Shown: positions 10,879 through 21,999 of the stretch, piece after piece
How positions within the stretch are numbered: position 1 is the stretch's first letter
Layout: each line of letters opens with the position of its first letter
NCBI RefSeq assembly: GCF_006345805.1
Contig: NC_043019.1
Coordinates: forward strand, 4,401,360 to 4,465,359
Reading direction: 5' to 3'
Origin: Octopus sinensis
Taxonomy: Eukaryota
Length of the DNA: 64,000 nt
Made by a program: the position numbers and the translations under genes
Notes under the pieces: model-generated
Told to the model about the DNA's origin: nothing
What the model saw: the letters and a program-made list of their open reading frames with translations, nothing else
Database searches by the model: none

Positions 10879-11650
10879 CAGGGGTTGGACAAAATAATGG
10901 AAACACCTAGCATCATAGCATCGTAATTTTGAAATATCTATAAAACCATCAAAAGCTTGTTTATATTTATGTTCTTTGGTCTATTGTTAGTGTTGCTCTT
11001 TTACTTGTTTCAGTCATTTGACTGTGGCTATGCTGGAGCACCGCCTTTAGTCGAGCAAATCGACCCCAGGACTTATTCTTTGTAAGCCCAGTACTTATTC
11101 TATCGGTCTCTTTTACCGAACCGCTAAGTAACAGGGACGTAAACACACCAGCATCGGTTGTCAAGCAATGCTAGGGGGACAAACACAGACACACACACAT
11201 ATATATATACATATATATATACATATATACGACAGGCTTCTTTCAGTTTCCGTCTACCAAATCCACTCACAAGGCTTTGGTCGGCCCAGGGCTATAGCAG
11301 AAGACACTTGCCCAAGATGCCACGCAGTGGGACTGAACTCGGAACCATGTGGTTGGTAAACAAGCTACTTACCACACAGCCACTCCTGCGCCTACGCTAA
11401 AATTGCTCTTTCTTTTCAGATACCATCAGAAAAAGGTAATTAAACAAAGCATTTAGAGTGGAGTAAAAACCTACAGAATTGGTCCCTAGAGCAGTGGAAG
11501 AATGTTATTTTCTTGGACAAGTCATCCTTTATCCTATTTCCAACTATCGGCTGAGTATACATGTGGAGACAGCCAAAAGAAGCATTTGACCCAGACTGCC
11601 TTCTTCCAACTGTTAAACATGGAGGAGGATCTGTGATGATCGGGGGGGGG
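10879..11650 (+). mobile_element. Degenerate Tc1-like DNA transposon, interrupted by a SINE
   Basis: TA|CAGGGGTTGGACAAAATAATGGAAACAC left TIR. 11450-11650 encodes ..QWKNVIF..MWRQPKEAFDPDCLLPTVKHGGGSVMI, a Tc1 DDE region. Confidence 0.8.
10996..11393 (-). mobile_element. CORE-type tRNA-derived SINE (family A, AGGCGCAGGAGTGGCTGTGTGG head, (GAGTAAAA)n tail)
   Basis: Full-length copy with an internal TA/CA microsatellite. The GGCACCTTGGGCAAGTGTCTT core resembles the CORE domain. Most abundant family in the window. Confidence 0.85.
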
Positions 11651-11990
11651 GAGCTATATCTTGGAAATATATACATATATACGACGGGCTTCTTTCAGTT
11701 TCCGCCTACCAAATCCACTCACAAGGCTTTGGTCGGCCCGAGGCTATAGTAGAAGACACTTGCTTAAGGTGCCACGCAGTGGGACTGAACCCGGAACCAT
11801 GTGGTTTGTAAGCAAGCTACTTACCACACAGCCATTCCTGCGCCTATTTATAGAAGATCCAAAAATAAAAATTGCAGAAGATAAAAAGAGAAACGAACAC
11901 TTAATCCACACACACACACACATAACCATAATTCCAATATAAAACATGGAGAAAGGGATGTTAAATGATGATGATATTTTAGTCAATTAA

Positions 11991-12546
11991 TCCTTTTGTT
12001 ACCAGCCCAGCTGAAACCAGCTCTGGCTCTGAGTACAAACGTCTTGTTTCTATAAGTTTTGAATTAAAATCTTCCACCAAACCTTAGTCACAATTTATGT
12101 TCCTAACACTAGCTTAATGATAACTAAGTTATTTTACTAAACTCTTTGTTATATTTAACCTTTTTGATACCAACCCGGCTGAAACCAGCTCTGGCTCTGA
12201 GTACAAATGTCTTGTTTTCATAAGTTTTGAATTAAAATCTTCCACCAAACCTTAGTCACAATTTATGTTCCTAACACTAGCTTAATGATAATTAAGTTAT
12301 TTTACTAAACTCTTTGTTATATTTAACCTTTTTGATACCAACCCGGCTGAAACCAGCTCTGGCTCTGAGTACAAATGTCTTGTTTTCATAAGTTTTGAAT
12401 TAAAATCTTCCACCAAACCTTAGTCACAATTTATGTTCCTAACACTAGCTTAATGATAACTAAGTTATTTTACTAAACTCTTTGTTATATTTAGCATTAA
12501 TTGAAAGAAACACAGAGCAATCAAAATAAATAGAGTAATGAAAGGG
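11991..12546. mobile_element. piggyBac-like MITE (TTAA|CCTTT..AAAGGG|TTAA) with an internal 168-bp triplication
   Basis: TTAA at 11987-11990 and 12547-12550. Units start at 12003, 12171 and 12339. Confidence 0.75.
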
Positions 12547-12679
12547 TTAAACTGCAACAAAACCAGATTTTGACATTATATTTTCGCAAGTACTTTAAAC
12601 CATAATTCTTGACACGATGATAACTATACCTAGTTTAGTTTGTCTTCTGCAATTTTATTCTATTGGTCTCTTTTGCCTG

Positions 12680-12958
12680 GGACATAAACATACCTGCAAT
12701 AGTTGTGAAAGGTAGGAGAGTCCAGTTTGCTGGACATTGTTGTAGAGCTGAAAACAAGGTAATTTCTACTCTTCTCCTCTGGAAGCCATCTGCTCGTGAT
12801 ACCAGAGGGCGCACACTCTCCTACCCTGATGTAATCTCCAGGGATACAGGCATCCAGCAACAGGACCTCTGTAATGCTATGATGGACCGTGAAGTCTGGC
12901 GTAACATAGTAAATTCCATTGTCTCGACCACGATCGAACAATGATGATGATGATGATA
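12680..12958 (+). mobile_element. RTE-clade LINE ORF2 C-terminus with (GAT)n tail (second RTE family)
   Basis: VKGRRVQFAGHCCRAENKVISTLLLWKPSARDTRGRTLSYPDVISRDTG..AMMDREVWR, then a stop and GATGAT. Confidence 0.85.
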
Positions 12959-13195
12959 CCAAGTTGGTTTTATGGTCATGTTAAAGGGAGATAATCTATG
13001 AAAATACTTTCTGTATTACAACAATCTTCAGGTGGATATTATTTTAAAATCAAATTAAATTCGAATTATTTTATCCATTCAAAACTGGTTTGAACGTTTC
13101 AATAAAATTCTTTTATTTGTTATGTTTGTGAATTTGTTTTGCAAGGTTCCTGTTGTGAAATCCTGTGTTGAAACAGATATTGTTACATTTTGGGA

Positions 13196-13398
13196 TTCTC
13201 TTTTACTCTTTTACTTGTTTCAGTCATTTGACTGTGGCCATGCTGGAGCACCGCCTTTAGTCGAGCAACACGACCCCGGGACTTATTCTTTGTAAGCCCA
13301 GTACTTATTCTATCGGTCTCTTTTGCCGAACCGCTAAGTGACGGGGACGTAAACACACCAGCATCGGTTGTCAAGCAATGCTAGGGGGACAAACACAG

Positions 13399-13430
<32 letters not shown>

Positions 13431-13806
13431 TGTGTGGTTAGGGAGCTTGCTTCCTAGTTACATAGTTTCGGGTTCAGTCCCACTGCGTGGCACTGTGGGT
13501 AGGTGTCTTCCACTATAGCCCCGAGCCGACCGGAGCTTTGTGATAGAATTCGGTAGGTGGAAGTTACTGCCGTGTGTGTATGTGTGCATATAGCTGCTCA
13601 GTGCCTCTCCGAAAGAGAGAGAGGGATATATATACATATATACGACAGGCTTCTTTCAGTTTCTGTCTACCAAATCCACTCACAAGGCTTTGGTCGGCCC
13701 AGGGCTATAGCAGAAAACACTTGCCCAAGGTGCCACACAGTGGGACTGAACCCGGAACCATGTGGTTGGTTAGCAAGCTACTTACCACACAGCCACTCCT
13801 GCGCCT
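13196..13806 (-). mobile_element. Family A SINE split by an opposite-strand SINE head fragment
   Basis: 3' half 13196-13410, plus-strand head about 13430-13560, 5' half 13640-13806. Confidence 0.75.
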
Positions 13807-13907
13807 GGTCATTTTTTTTGCTTTTCTTGTGAAATAAACGCATGTACCATACAGTCATTCTTCATCCGTTCATTATTGTTCTTATTTTATCTTATGTCTA
13901 TTGTCTG

Positions 13908-14085
13908 GAAATTTTTCATTACACACCTGTGACCTCTTCAGCAACTCTTCCATCCCACGTGTCTCTTCCTGTTCTGTTTAGTCTATTCCGTCTTTCTATA
14001 GTGTATACACACTAAACAGAACAAGAAGTGACATGAAGGGTGGAAGAGTCACTGAAGAGGTCACAGGTGTGTGATGAAAGATTTC
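13908..14085. repeat. Inverted repeat (~75-bp arms) with a degenerate hammerhead-like core in each arm
   Basis: The right arm has CTGAAGA-G-GTCAC AGGTGT GTGAT-GAAA-GATTTC. The left arm is its reverse complement with substitutions. Confidence 0.65.
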
Positions 14086-14209
14086 TTTTATTTTGCTTTT
14101 CTATTAATTTCAGTTGATGTCATAAAGTTTATGAAATAAGAATATTAAAAAAAATTTAATGGTAACATGTTACCAAATGATCACTTAATGGAATCTGCTT
14201 GATATTAGG

Positions 14210-14480
14210 GTTCCTTAGTCGTTGCCAGTGTACCTGCGTGTTCCTGTTTGTTTGTTCCTTCTCGGGCCATACCTGGCTCATAAGGGCCAGTTTCCCGGTT
14301 TCCTTGGCGTATAGATTCCCCACCAGGACGGGACACCGGTCCATCGCAGGTGAGCTGCTAGATGCAGGAGGAAAGAGTGAGAGAAAGTTGTGGCGAAAGA
14401 GTCAGCAGAAGTTTGCCATTACCTTCTGCCGGAGTCTGAGATTCGAACCCGCGATCCCTCGACATGTGCCTCCACTACCT
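14210..14480 (-). mobile_element. SINE family R (degenerate head)
   Basis: Reverse complement of 2960-3186. Confidence 0.7.
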
Positions 14481-14689
14481 GTGTGTGCTCTGACAATGAA
14501 TTTCCAGTGTAACTAACACATCTTCACAATTCAGACATTTGACACAATAAATCATATTTCTGCTGCTAAAATTCATATTTGCATTTGTAAATATTTACTT
14601 CTAGTTTTTGTCTTGATAAATTGGTTTCAAATTTTAGCACAAGGCCAAGAATTTCAAGGGAGAGATTAAATCGATTAAATCAACCTCAG

Positions 14690-15108
14690 AATGGAGTTAT
14701 GTACAGGGTGGTGTTCATGCAAAGAGTTCAGGCTATTTCTGGTCAAGAGAGACTTTGAACCGAGCGGTCATCAGCATCTTCACTATCTCGTCCGGCAGCT
14801 TATTACATGGATCCGCAACCCGGATGGAGAAAGCCCCTCTCCTTCGATTGAGATGAAATCGTCGCAGATAGAGCTTTTCGGAGTGACCCCGCAGCCAACG
14901 CTCTGGAGCAGGAGTGAAGAACAGCTCTTTCGAGAGGTTACACTTTCCACTTATGATGTTGTGAGCGAGAATGAGATCACCATGGTGTTGTCATTTTTCT
15001 AGAGAATAAAGGTCGAGCGTCTTCAGCCTTTCTTCATAAGACAAATGCTTGAGACCAAGAACCATGCAGTTAGCCAGCTTCTGGACTCTTTCGTCTGCAA
15101 GTCATTCT
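14690..15108 (-). mobile_element. CR1 LINE ORF2 C-terminal fragment
   Basis: Paralogous to 17985-18420. Confidence 0.85.
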
Positions 15109-15254
15109 TGGTACTTATTTTATCAACTCCAAAATGATGGAATGCAAAGTCAACTCAGAATGTAAAGGCAGATAACAAGCTGCTAAGTGCCTTGCCCAGA
15201 ATGCTAACAATTCCGCCAGCTCCCTGCCTTTTTGGGTTATTATATTAACCATCG

Positions 15255-15552
15255 TGAAGGCGGCGAGCTGGCAGAAACATTAGCACACCAGGAAAAATGC
15301 TTAGCGGTATTTCGTCTGTCAAAGGCGGCGAGCTGGCAGAAACGTTAGCACGCCAGGCGAAATGCTTAGCGGTATTTTGTCTGCAGTTACGTTCTGAGTT
15401 CAAATTCCGCCGAGGTCGACTTTGCCTTTCATCCTTTCGGGGTCGATAAATTAAGTACCAGTTACGCACTGGGGTCGATGTAATCGACTTAATCCCTTTG
15501 TCTGTCCTTGTTTGTCCCCTCTGTGTTTAGCCCCTTGTGGGCAGTAAAGCAA
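15255..15552 (+). mobile_element. Nin/Deu-type SINE with a duplicated head
   Basis: GGCGGCGAGCTGGCAGAAAC occurs twice (about 15259 and 15324), followed by the GTCGACTTTGCCTTTCATCCTTTCGGGGTCGATAAATTAAGTACCAG domain. Confidence 0.85.
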
Positions 15553-15612
15553 TATATATTAATCATTGTGAGTAAACTGACAGATACCATGACAATTATC
15601 ATCACACTTCAA

Positions 15613-16030
15613 TACTCTTTACTCTTTTACTCTTTTACTTGTTTCAGTCATTTGACTGCGGCCATGCTGGAGCACCGCCTTTAGTCGAGCAAATCGACCC
15701 CGGGACTTATTCTTTGTAAGCCCAGTACTTATTCTATCGGTCTCTTTTGCCGAACTGGTAAGTGACAGGGACGTAAACACACCAGCATCGGTTGTCAAGC
15801 AATGTTGGGGTGACAAACACAGACACACAAACATACACACATACACTTATATATATATACATATATACGACAGGCTTCTTTCAGTTTCCGTCTACCAAAT
15901 CCACTCACAAGGCATTGGTCGGCCCGGGGCTATAGCAGAAGACACTTGCCCAAGATGCCATGCAGTGGTACTGAACCCGGAACCATGTGGCTGGTTAGCA
16001 AGCTACTTACCACACAGCCACTCCTGCACC
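15613..16030 (-). mobile_element. Family A SINE, full length
   Basis: Head and (GAGTAAAA)n tail both present. Confidence 0.85.
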
Positions 16031-16242
16031 TAATACTGTGAACTTTTTATCATTAATTTACAGATAAAAAATTTGCCTTTGCCAGCAAGTATTTCAAATT
16101 CTTTGGTTGTTATTTGCTTTGAACAGGCACTTTATCTTTCATTAAAACAGTTAGTTAAACATGTTGTCTGATAATAAGCAAATATGATTTAATGATGTTA
16201 AAAACACTCTCTTTACAGCGGTTGTGTTGTCACTGCATAAGA

Positions 16243-16975
16243 TCATCATCATTGTACGACCGTGGTCGAGACAATGGAATTTACCATGCTACGCCAGACC
16301 TCACGGTCCATCATAGCATTACGGAGGTCCTGTTGCTGGATGCCTGTATCCCTGGAGATTACATCAGGGTAGGAGAGTGTGTGCACCCTCTGGTATCACG
16401 AGCAGATGGCTTCCAGAGGAGAAGAGTAGTAATTACCTCGTTTTCAACTCTACAACAATGTCCAGCAAACTGGACTCTTCTACCTTTCACAAGAGATGAT
16501 ACAGGTGGTAATTTCCCATATATTTGTACTTTGGTTGGATGACGCTTCCACGAGAGATTTTGAGCTCTCATAAGGAGACGAGTGTAAGTTCCATCCAAGC
16601 GCTTGAGAGGTGGTTGGATGGAACTTACACTCGCCTCATACATACATACGTACAGCATCGTCATTGCTCAATCGTGGTCGAGACAATGGAACTTACTATG
16701 TTACGCCAGACTTCACGGTCCATCATAGCATTACGGAGGTCCTGTTGCTGGATGCCTGTATCCCTGGAGATTACATCAGGAGAGGGGAGTGTGTGCCCTC
16801 TGGTATCACGAGCAGATGGCTTCCAGAGGAGAAGAGTAGAAATTACCTCGTTTTCAGCTCTACAACAATGTCCAGCAAACTGGACTCTTCTACCTTTCAC
16901 AAGAGATGATACAGGTGGTAGTTTCCCATATATTTGTACTTTGGTTGGATGACGCTTCCACAAGAGATTTTATCT
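16243..16975 (-). mobile_element. Two tandem 5'-truncated RTE ORF2 C-termini with a fold-back between them
   Basis: ORFs 16359-16664 and 16661-16963: KRLDGTYTRLLMRAQNLSWKRHPTKVQIYGKLPPVSSLVKGRRVQFAGHC. Confidence 0.85.
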
Positions 16976-17029
16976 CAATCCTGTGTTATTTTTCTTAAGT
17001 TGCCCATTTGTTTTATACATTCTGTTATC

Positions 17030-17675
17030 TCTCATCTTTTACTTGTTTCTGTCATTAGACTGCGGCCATTCTGGGGCACCACCTTGAAGAATTTTTTTTT
17101 GTTGAATGTATTGACCCCTGTACTTATTTTCCTACAGCCTGGTACTTATTTTATTAGTCTCTGTTGCTGAACCGCTCTGTTACAGGGAACATAAACACAC
17201 CAACACTGGTTGTGAAGCTGTGGTGGGGGGTACAAATACTGACATAAACAACACACATACATACATACACATATATACAACATATATATATGGCGGCGAG
17301 CTGGCAGAAACGTTAGCACGCCGGGCGAAATGCTTAGCTGTATTTCGTCTGCAGTTACGTTCTGAGTTCAAATTCCGCCGAGGTCGACTTTGCCTTTCAT
17401 CCTTTCGGGGTCAATAAATTAAGTACCAGTTACACACTGGGGTCGATGTAATCGACTTAATCCGTGTGTCTGTCCTTCTTTGTCCTCTCTGTGTTTAGCC
17501 CCTTGTGGGCAATAAAGAAATATATATACAACAGGCTTCTTTCAGGTTCCATCTGCCAAATCCACTCATAAGGCTTTCATTGACCTGAAGTTATAGTAGA
17601 AGACATTTGCCCAAGGTGTCACGCAGTGGGACTGAACCCAGAATCTTGTGGTTGGGAAACAAGCTTCTTACCACA
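17030..17675 (-). mobile_element. Family A SINE with a nested plus-strand Nin-type SINE (17292-17520)
   Basis: The two halves of family A flank a full Nin-type copy. Confidence 0.8.
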
Positions 17676-17689
17676 TGAGAGTGGATATT

Positions 17690-17915
17690 GACTGCATGGC
17701 AATGTTTGATTTTGTCAAACCTTTCTTTCCTGTCATTTGATTTCTTCCTTTTCTCTGCTGTCGGCTTTGAAGTTTTTGGTTCCAATGGTGATGGAACACC
17801 TCCACTTGGTACTATCTCAGGCTTGAGTTTCAAATGATTTAGGCTCAACTCCAGCGCCTTTCAGTGTTGCTTTGCATTAGTCCTTGTATCTTCAAAGAGG
17901 GCAACCCTGTTACAT
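17690..17915 (-). mobile_element. Decayed RTE (BovB-like) ORF2 C-terminus
   Basis: Reads across frameshifts as GCPL..YKD..KATLKGAGVEPKSFETQA*D..KWR. Confidence 0.5.
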
Positions 17916-17935
17916 ATCATAAACCTACAACATGT

Positions 17936-18420
17936 GTTAAGTTAAGTTAAGTTAATTTTTTGGCTCAAAAAGCAAAAAAAGCAAGGCCATGTAGGGGGAC
18001 ATGGAGTTATGTACAGGGTGGTGTTCATGTAAAGAGTTCAGGCCACTTGTGGTCAAGAGAGACTTTGAACCGAGCGGTCATCGGCATCTTCACCATCTCG
18101 TCCAGCAGCTTATTCCATGGATCCACAACCCAGACAGAGAAAGCCCCTCTTCTTCGATTGAGATGAAATCGTCGCAGATAGAGCTTTTCGGAGTGACCCT
18201 GCAGCCGACGCTCTGGAGCAGGAGTGAAGAACAGCTCTTTTGAGAGGTTACACTTTCCGCTTATGATGTTGTGAGCAAGAATGAGATCACCACGGCGTCG
18301 GCGTTTTTCTACAGAATAAAGGTCGAGCGTCTTCAGCCTTTCTTCATAAGACAAATGCTTGAGACCAAGAGCCATGCGGGTAGCCAGCTTCTGGACTCTT
18401 TCGTCTGCAAGTCATTCTTT
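17936..18420 (-). mobile_element. CR1 LINE 3' end with (TTAAC)n tail
   Basis: GLKHLSYEERLKTLDLYSVEKRRRRGDLILAHNII..GHSEKL..RRGAFSVWVVDPWNKL are canonical CR1 C-terminal motifs. Confidence 0.9.
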
Positions 18421-18731
18421 TCTGGTATTTACATCATCAAAAATAATACAAAATTACACGGAAGAGAGTACTTCTTGTGAGGATCTCACAACTCACTCAT
18501 AGGCTGTTGTTGTTCTCTTTGCTTTTCATTATTAGGTTATTATTGCTGCTGTTGTATGGAAAGTTACGTTTTGCATGTGTTGGATGGTAAGATTTGAAAT
18601 ACTTAGTACTGGTGCATACCTGTGTCTTTACAATATATATTTATCCATTGAAAAGCAGTGAAGCTGGCAGAATCGTTAGAACACTAGACAAAATGCTTAG
18701 CAACATTTCTTCCATCTTTATGTTCTGAGTT

Positions 18732-19025
18732 CAGCTGGGGAACACATATGCCATTGAAACCGGGAAACCGGACCCATGAGCCTGGCTAGGCTTTAAAAGG
18801 GTGCATTTATTTTCACTGCGATGGACTGGCATCCCATCCAGCTGGGGAATACATAAGCCACTGAAACCGGGAAACCGGGCCCACGAGCCTGGCTAGGCTT
18901 TAAAAGGGCACATTTATTTTTACTGCGATGGACTGGCATCCCATCCAGCTGGGGAACACATACGCCACTGAAACCGGGAAACCGGGCCCATGAGCCTGGC
19001 TAGGCTTTAAAAGGGCACATTCATT
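18732..19025 (+). repeat. 107-bp tandem repeat (about 2.7 copies) built from a SINE 3' tail
   Basis: CAGCTGGGGAA starts at 18732, 18839 and 18946. Each unit contains GAAACCGGGAAACCGG.CCCA.GAGCC. Confidence 0.85.
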
Positions 19026-19338
19026 TTTATTTTATTTATTTTTCCATGATGCTAGTGCAGCATTTGCAGTTCTGTTTGAGCTTGTGTTTTCCAATGGTGC
19101 TGTTTTGTAATAGTGTTGGAGGTAGTGTTTTGTAGTGGTGTTGTTTGCAGAGGTGTGTGTAATAGCATCTCTAGTGTTAATTTTAAATTATTATGCTGTT
19201 AATAGTAATGGGTAGTCTGACCTAGTTTTTTGTCAGAAGAGATGATCTCCTGTCAACAACACAGAGTAAATGATGAGAAACTGTGAAAACACCAAATGAA
19301 AGAGCATTCCAAAGTACTCCCAGAGAGAACTGCCTTAC

Positions 19339-19430
19339 CTTGAAGTCTGGCTTCCATCTCCAACTTCTGCATTTGGGCCAACACATCAGCACTTTGACCT
19401 CCATTCTTCATATATTCATCTTTCAAGTTT
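19339..19430 (-). CDS. Internal coding exon (92 nt, phase 2 to 1): NLKDEYMKNGGQSADVLAQMQKLEMEARLQ
   Basis: Acceptor ..TATACTGGCAG|A and strong donor CAAG|GTAAGG. Phases join the 27309 exon (phase 2) to the 5436 exon (phase 1). Confidence 0.8.
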
Positions 19431-19437
19431 CTGCCAG

Positions 19438-19469
<32 letters not shown>

Positions 19470-19554
19470 TACATATATATAAACATACATTCACGCATAT
19501 ATATATGTGTGTATATGCATGCATGTATGTATATATAAATATTATAAAAATATA

Positions 19555-20117
19555 TTGGGTTGTCCGGAAAGTTCGTGCCGATTTTTAAAGGAAAGAAAAT
19601 GGTCAATAAATACTTGCCATTACATTTTTAATCAACCAAATATGAACCATTTTGTTACACAATGCGTCTCCATCTTTCCTTTAACTTGAAAATACCCTCT
19701 TCCCAGAATTGAGGTGGTTTCATGGCAAAGAATTCATCAAGGTATCTTTTTACGTCATCCAAGGAATTGAAATTTTTACCATTAAGACTATTCTGCAGAG
19801 ACCTGAATAAGTGGAAATCCGAAGGAGCAACATCTGGTGAATATGGAGGGTGGGGCAACACATCCCAGCCGAGCTGCAGCAATTTTTGTCTTGTTCCCAA
19901 AGCATCAAGTGCCGAAAATGAACTTGATCTTCCATTTTAAAGGGTTACAGAATTAACACAGATTATAGGAGCATAAACCTTCTTCCAGGAAAAGATAGCT
20001 TAAACTGTGCTCTAAATGGAGGTGTAGTCAAATCCTATTTTATGGACTCAACCATTTTCTAAAATAAGTCAAAAGGTAAGCTACTATAAATTGGCATGAA
20101 CTTTCCGGATAACCCAA
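19555..20117 (-). mobile_element. Non-autonomous mariner (mellifera-like) deletion derivative, complete with TIRs
   Basis: TA TSDs at 19553-19554 and 20118-20119. TIRs TTGGGTT(G/A)TCCGGAAAGTTC(G/A)TGCC. The start MEDQVHFRHLML is fused to the C-terminal WDVLPHPPYSPDVAPSDFHLFRSLQNSL..FWEEGIFKLKERW. Confidence 0.95.
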
Positions 20118-20241
20118 TATGTAGATATATAGAAATATGGATGGATGGATGGATGGATGGATGGAATGGATGGATGGATGGGTGGGTGGGTGGATGGATG
20201 GATGAATAGAAAGACAGACAGACAGACAAAGATACAGATAT

Positions 20242-20276
<35 letters not shown>

Positions 20277-20304
20277 TTACATATACATATATATATGTAC
20301 ACTG

Positions 20305-20359
<55 letters not shown>

Positions 20360-20649
20360 AGATGTATATGTGTGTATTAAAAGTTGTGTGTTAAACAGGA
20401 TGCCAGATCATCACAGAGTAGCTCTCTGCTTCAGCTTTTGTTGGTACCTAGTTTCAGCCAAGTGGACTGGAGCAAAGTGGGATGAAACACTCAGCTCAAG
20501 TTCTTGTTCAGTGTAGGGATCAAACCAACCACCTAAGAATCCTGTGTCGAACACCCTAACTATCAGGCCATGTCCCTTCATTATACAATACACAGATACA
20601 CACATACACATATATTTATATATATTTTAATGGGGAAGGCCAGTTTTTT

Positions 20650-21115
20650 TAATTACCCTGTGTTTCCCGTCTATAGAGTGTTTAGCATTATGGCATATCA
20701 TCAGACCCTAAACCCTGTTTTGGGGTCTGACGAGTCTTCACTAAATAACAATTCCCTCACAAGTTCATCCGGAACACTCCCTATAAACCTATGCAGTTGT
20801 AGATGCCTGACTTCCTGTCCTTTAGATAACTGCTGTCTCACGAAAAACATTGTTAACAAGTGTACAGTATCAGCTGCCAACTGTAACTACATATATATCG
20901 GATCATGCAGCACAACCTTCAAAGCTAGAGTGAGCAACCACTACTCCAGTTTCAAGTTCCAAACAAAATCTACAGCTTATCAATAAACTAAAGATTGATT
21001 CATCTCACTCTCTCAAGTGGTCCATAGTCACTCACGCCAAACCATACAGCAGCTATAACAAGTGCGTTCTCTGTATAGCCTAGGTCTTAGCTATTTTGCA
21101 ATTCACGGATTGTCT
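20650..21115 (+). mobile_element. Penelope-like retroelement GIY-YIG endonuclease remnant
   Basis: CPLDNCCLTKNIVNKCTV..YIYIGSCSTTFKARVSNHYSSFK, then KWSIVTHAKPY..KCVLC in broken frames. Upstream inverted CTGA(T/C)GA remnants. Confidence 0.8.
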
Positions 21116-21539
21116 TAATGAACACAGCAGTGCTAACATTTCTGCCAGCTCGCTGCCTTATATATGAATAAATATTCTTTTCTGCTCTAGGCACAAGACC
21201 CAAAATTTTAGGGGAGGGCGGCCAGTCGATTAGATCGACCCCAGTATGCAACTGGTACTTAATTTATCAAATTCGAAAGGATGAAAGGCAAAATCGACCT
21301 CAGCAGAATTTGAACTCAGAACACTAAGCATTTTGCTTGGCATGCTAACAACTCTGCCAGCTCGTCAGCTATGTGCTGGCAAATAATGATATGGTACATA
21401 CATGAATATACATACACATCCACTCATACAGTTACTCTTATGCATGCATGTACTCATACACACACACACACACACACACACACAGAGGCTATATCTGTGT
21501 ATCTGTGCCTGTATTGATTCACATACTGTATCTATATTC

Positions 21540-21950
21540 GGATCTTTTCGGTTTGAACGGCAGTTTTTAAAAATAATTTCCACGTAACTAAAAAATTTTA
21601 AACTTCGTATACTGGTAGAATGTGTTTATAAAACATTTTTTTCTCTTGGCTTTATTGAGAAAATTCTATAGTTTGTAAGATATTTGTTGTTTTTTTTTTC
21701 AATTTCTGCAATTTCAACCAATCACCGACGTCCATTGAGGTAAAAAAACATTCTGTTCTGTATGAATATGTCCCTCGTTTAAGAAACAGATTGGGTTTAT
21801 TTACATTTCTGAAGAAAAAAAAGATACCCTTCCCCACCCCTAACCCTAAAACAGATTGAAATGCAATAGATCGATACTAGGGTCATAATTATGGGTGACA
21901 ATTTCATATGACACCGCTAGAAAAAACTGCCGTTCAAACCGGAAAGATCC
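21540..21950. mobile_element. Merlin-like MITE (411 bp)
   Basis: Perfect 8-bp TSD CTATATTC (21532-21539, 21951-21958). GGATC..GATCC termini. Opposite orientation to the 6817 copy. Confidence 0.92.
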
Positions 21951-21999
21951 CTATATTCTCCAGCACTTTCACTTATGTATGTTTGTATGTGCAGATATT

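Noticed and set aside
17591-17848. Protein-like ORF (MSLNHLKLKPEIVPSGG..)
   Set aside because: Off-frame reading of a decayed RTE C-terminus running into a SINE.
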